This document shows, piece by piece, positions 22,911-23,151 of a stretch of DNA of 23,151 nucleotides. A program made the translations under genes and the position numbers. This DNA comes from Ginkgo biloba (lineage: Eukaryota; Plantae; Ginkgophyta), in contig JANKJI020000002.1 of assembly GCA_024626585.2 (NCBI GenBank), forward strand, positions 198,413,076-198,436,226, given 5' to 3'. The notes beneath the pieces are model-generated. The model saw only the letters and a list, made by a program, of their open reading frames with translations, ran no database searches and had not been told where the DNA came from. How positions within the stretch are numbered: position 1 is the stretch's first letter; each line of letters opens with the position of its first letter.

Positions 22911-23151
22911 TGCATTGTCCACACTTCCTCGTCGTCTTCATTGTCAATCAAGCTTGCATTTTCCAAAATTTCCCTTGGGGCTTATCTGCTATAACCTTTT
23001 AGTCGGCTCCACCAAAACTTTATAAAATTGGCACTCCGGGGAGTGTTGTCGGGATGCTCCTGCATCATCCTCCATTACAAAAAAATTGCAGAGCCCCCTG
23101 CATGTGCTCCTCGAAGCTTTTCCACTTTTCTTTGTCCAAGCTTCTAAGTTC

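Noticed and set aside
21724-22994. Paired plus-strand ORFs (189 aa, 160 aa) as duplicated genes
   Set aside because: They are S/L/P-rich antisense frames of a repeat, with frame differences between the copies.

Overview
Gappy, AT-rich land-plant genomic DNA, mostly decayed transposons around one conserved host gene. A partial multi-exon ALG6 (dolichyl-P-Glc alpha-1,3-glucosyltransferase) lies on the minus strand at about 12990-14555, with canonical GT-AG junctions; its 5' exon(s) and stop codon are not visible. A heavily mutated chromoviral Ty3/Gypsy element (PBS, gag, RT, RNase H, integrase, chromodomain, PPT) fills about 6244-10753. The window also holds a LINE RT fragment, two Tat/Athila-type integrase fragments, a 330-bp hAT-like MITE, the 5' end of a second LTR element, probable L1 remnants and two diverged copies of an ~785-bp repeat. 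Six gaps are exactly 100 N, so the window is probably seven separately assembled pieces whose adjacency is uncertain. The most notable anomaly is a Gypsy integrase fragment fused into an ALG6 exon, replacing the conserved YNCISLGL segment. I found no convincing novel biological system. Family assignments come from motif recognition by eye, not from database searches.
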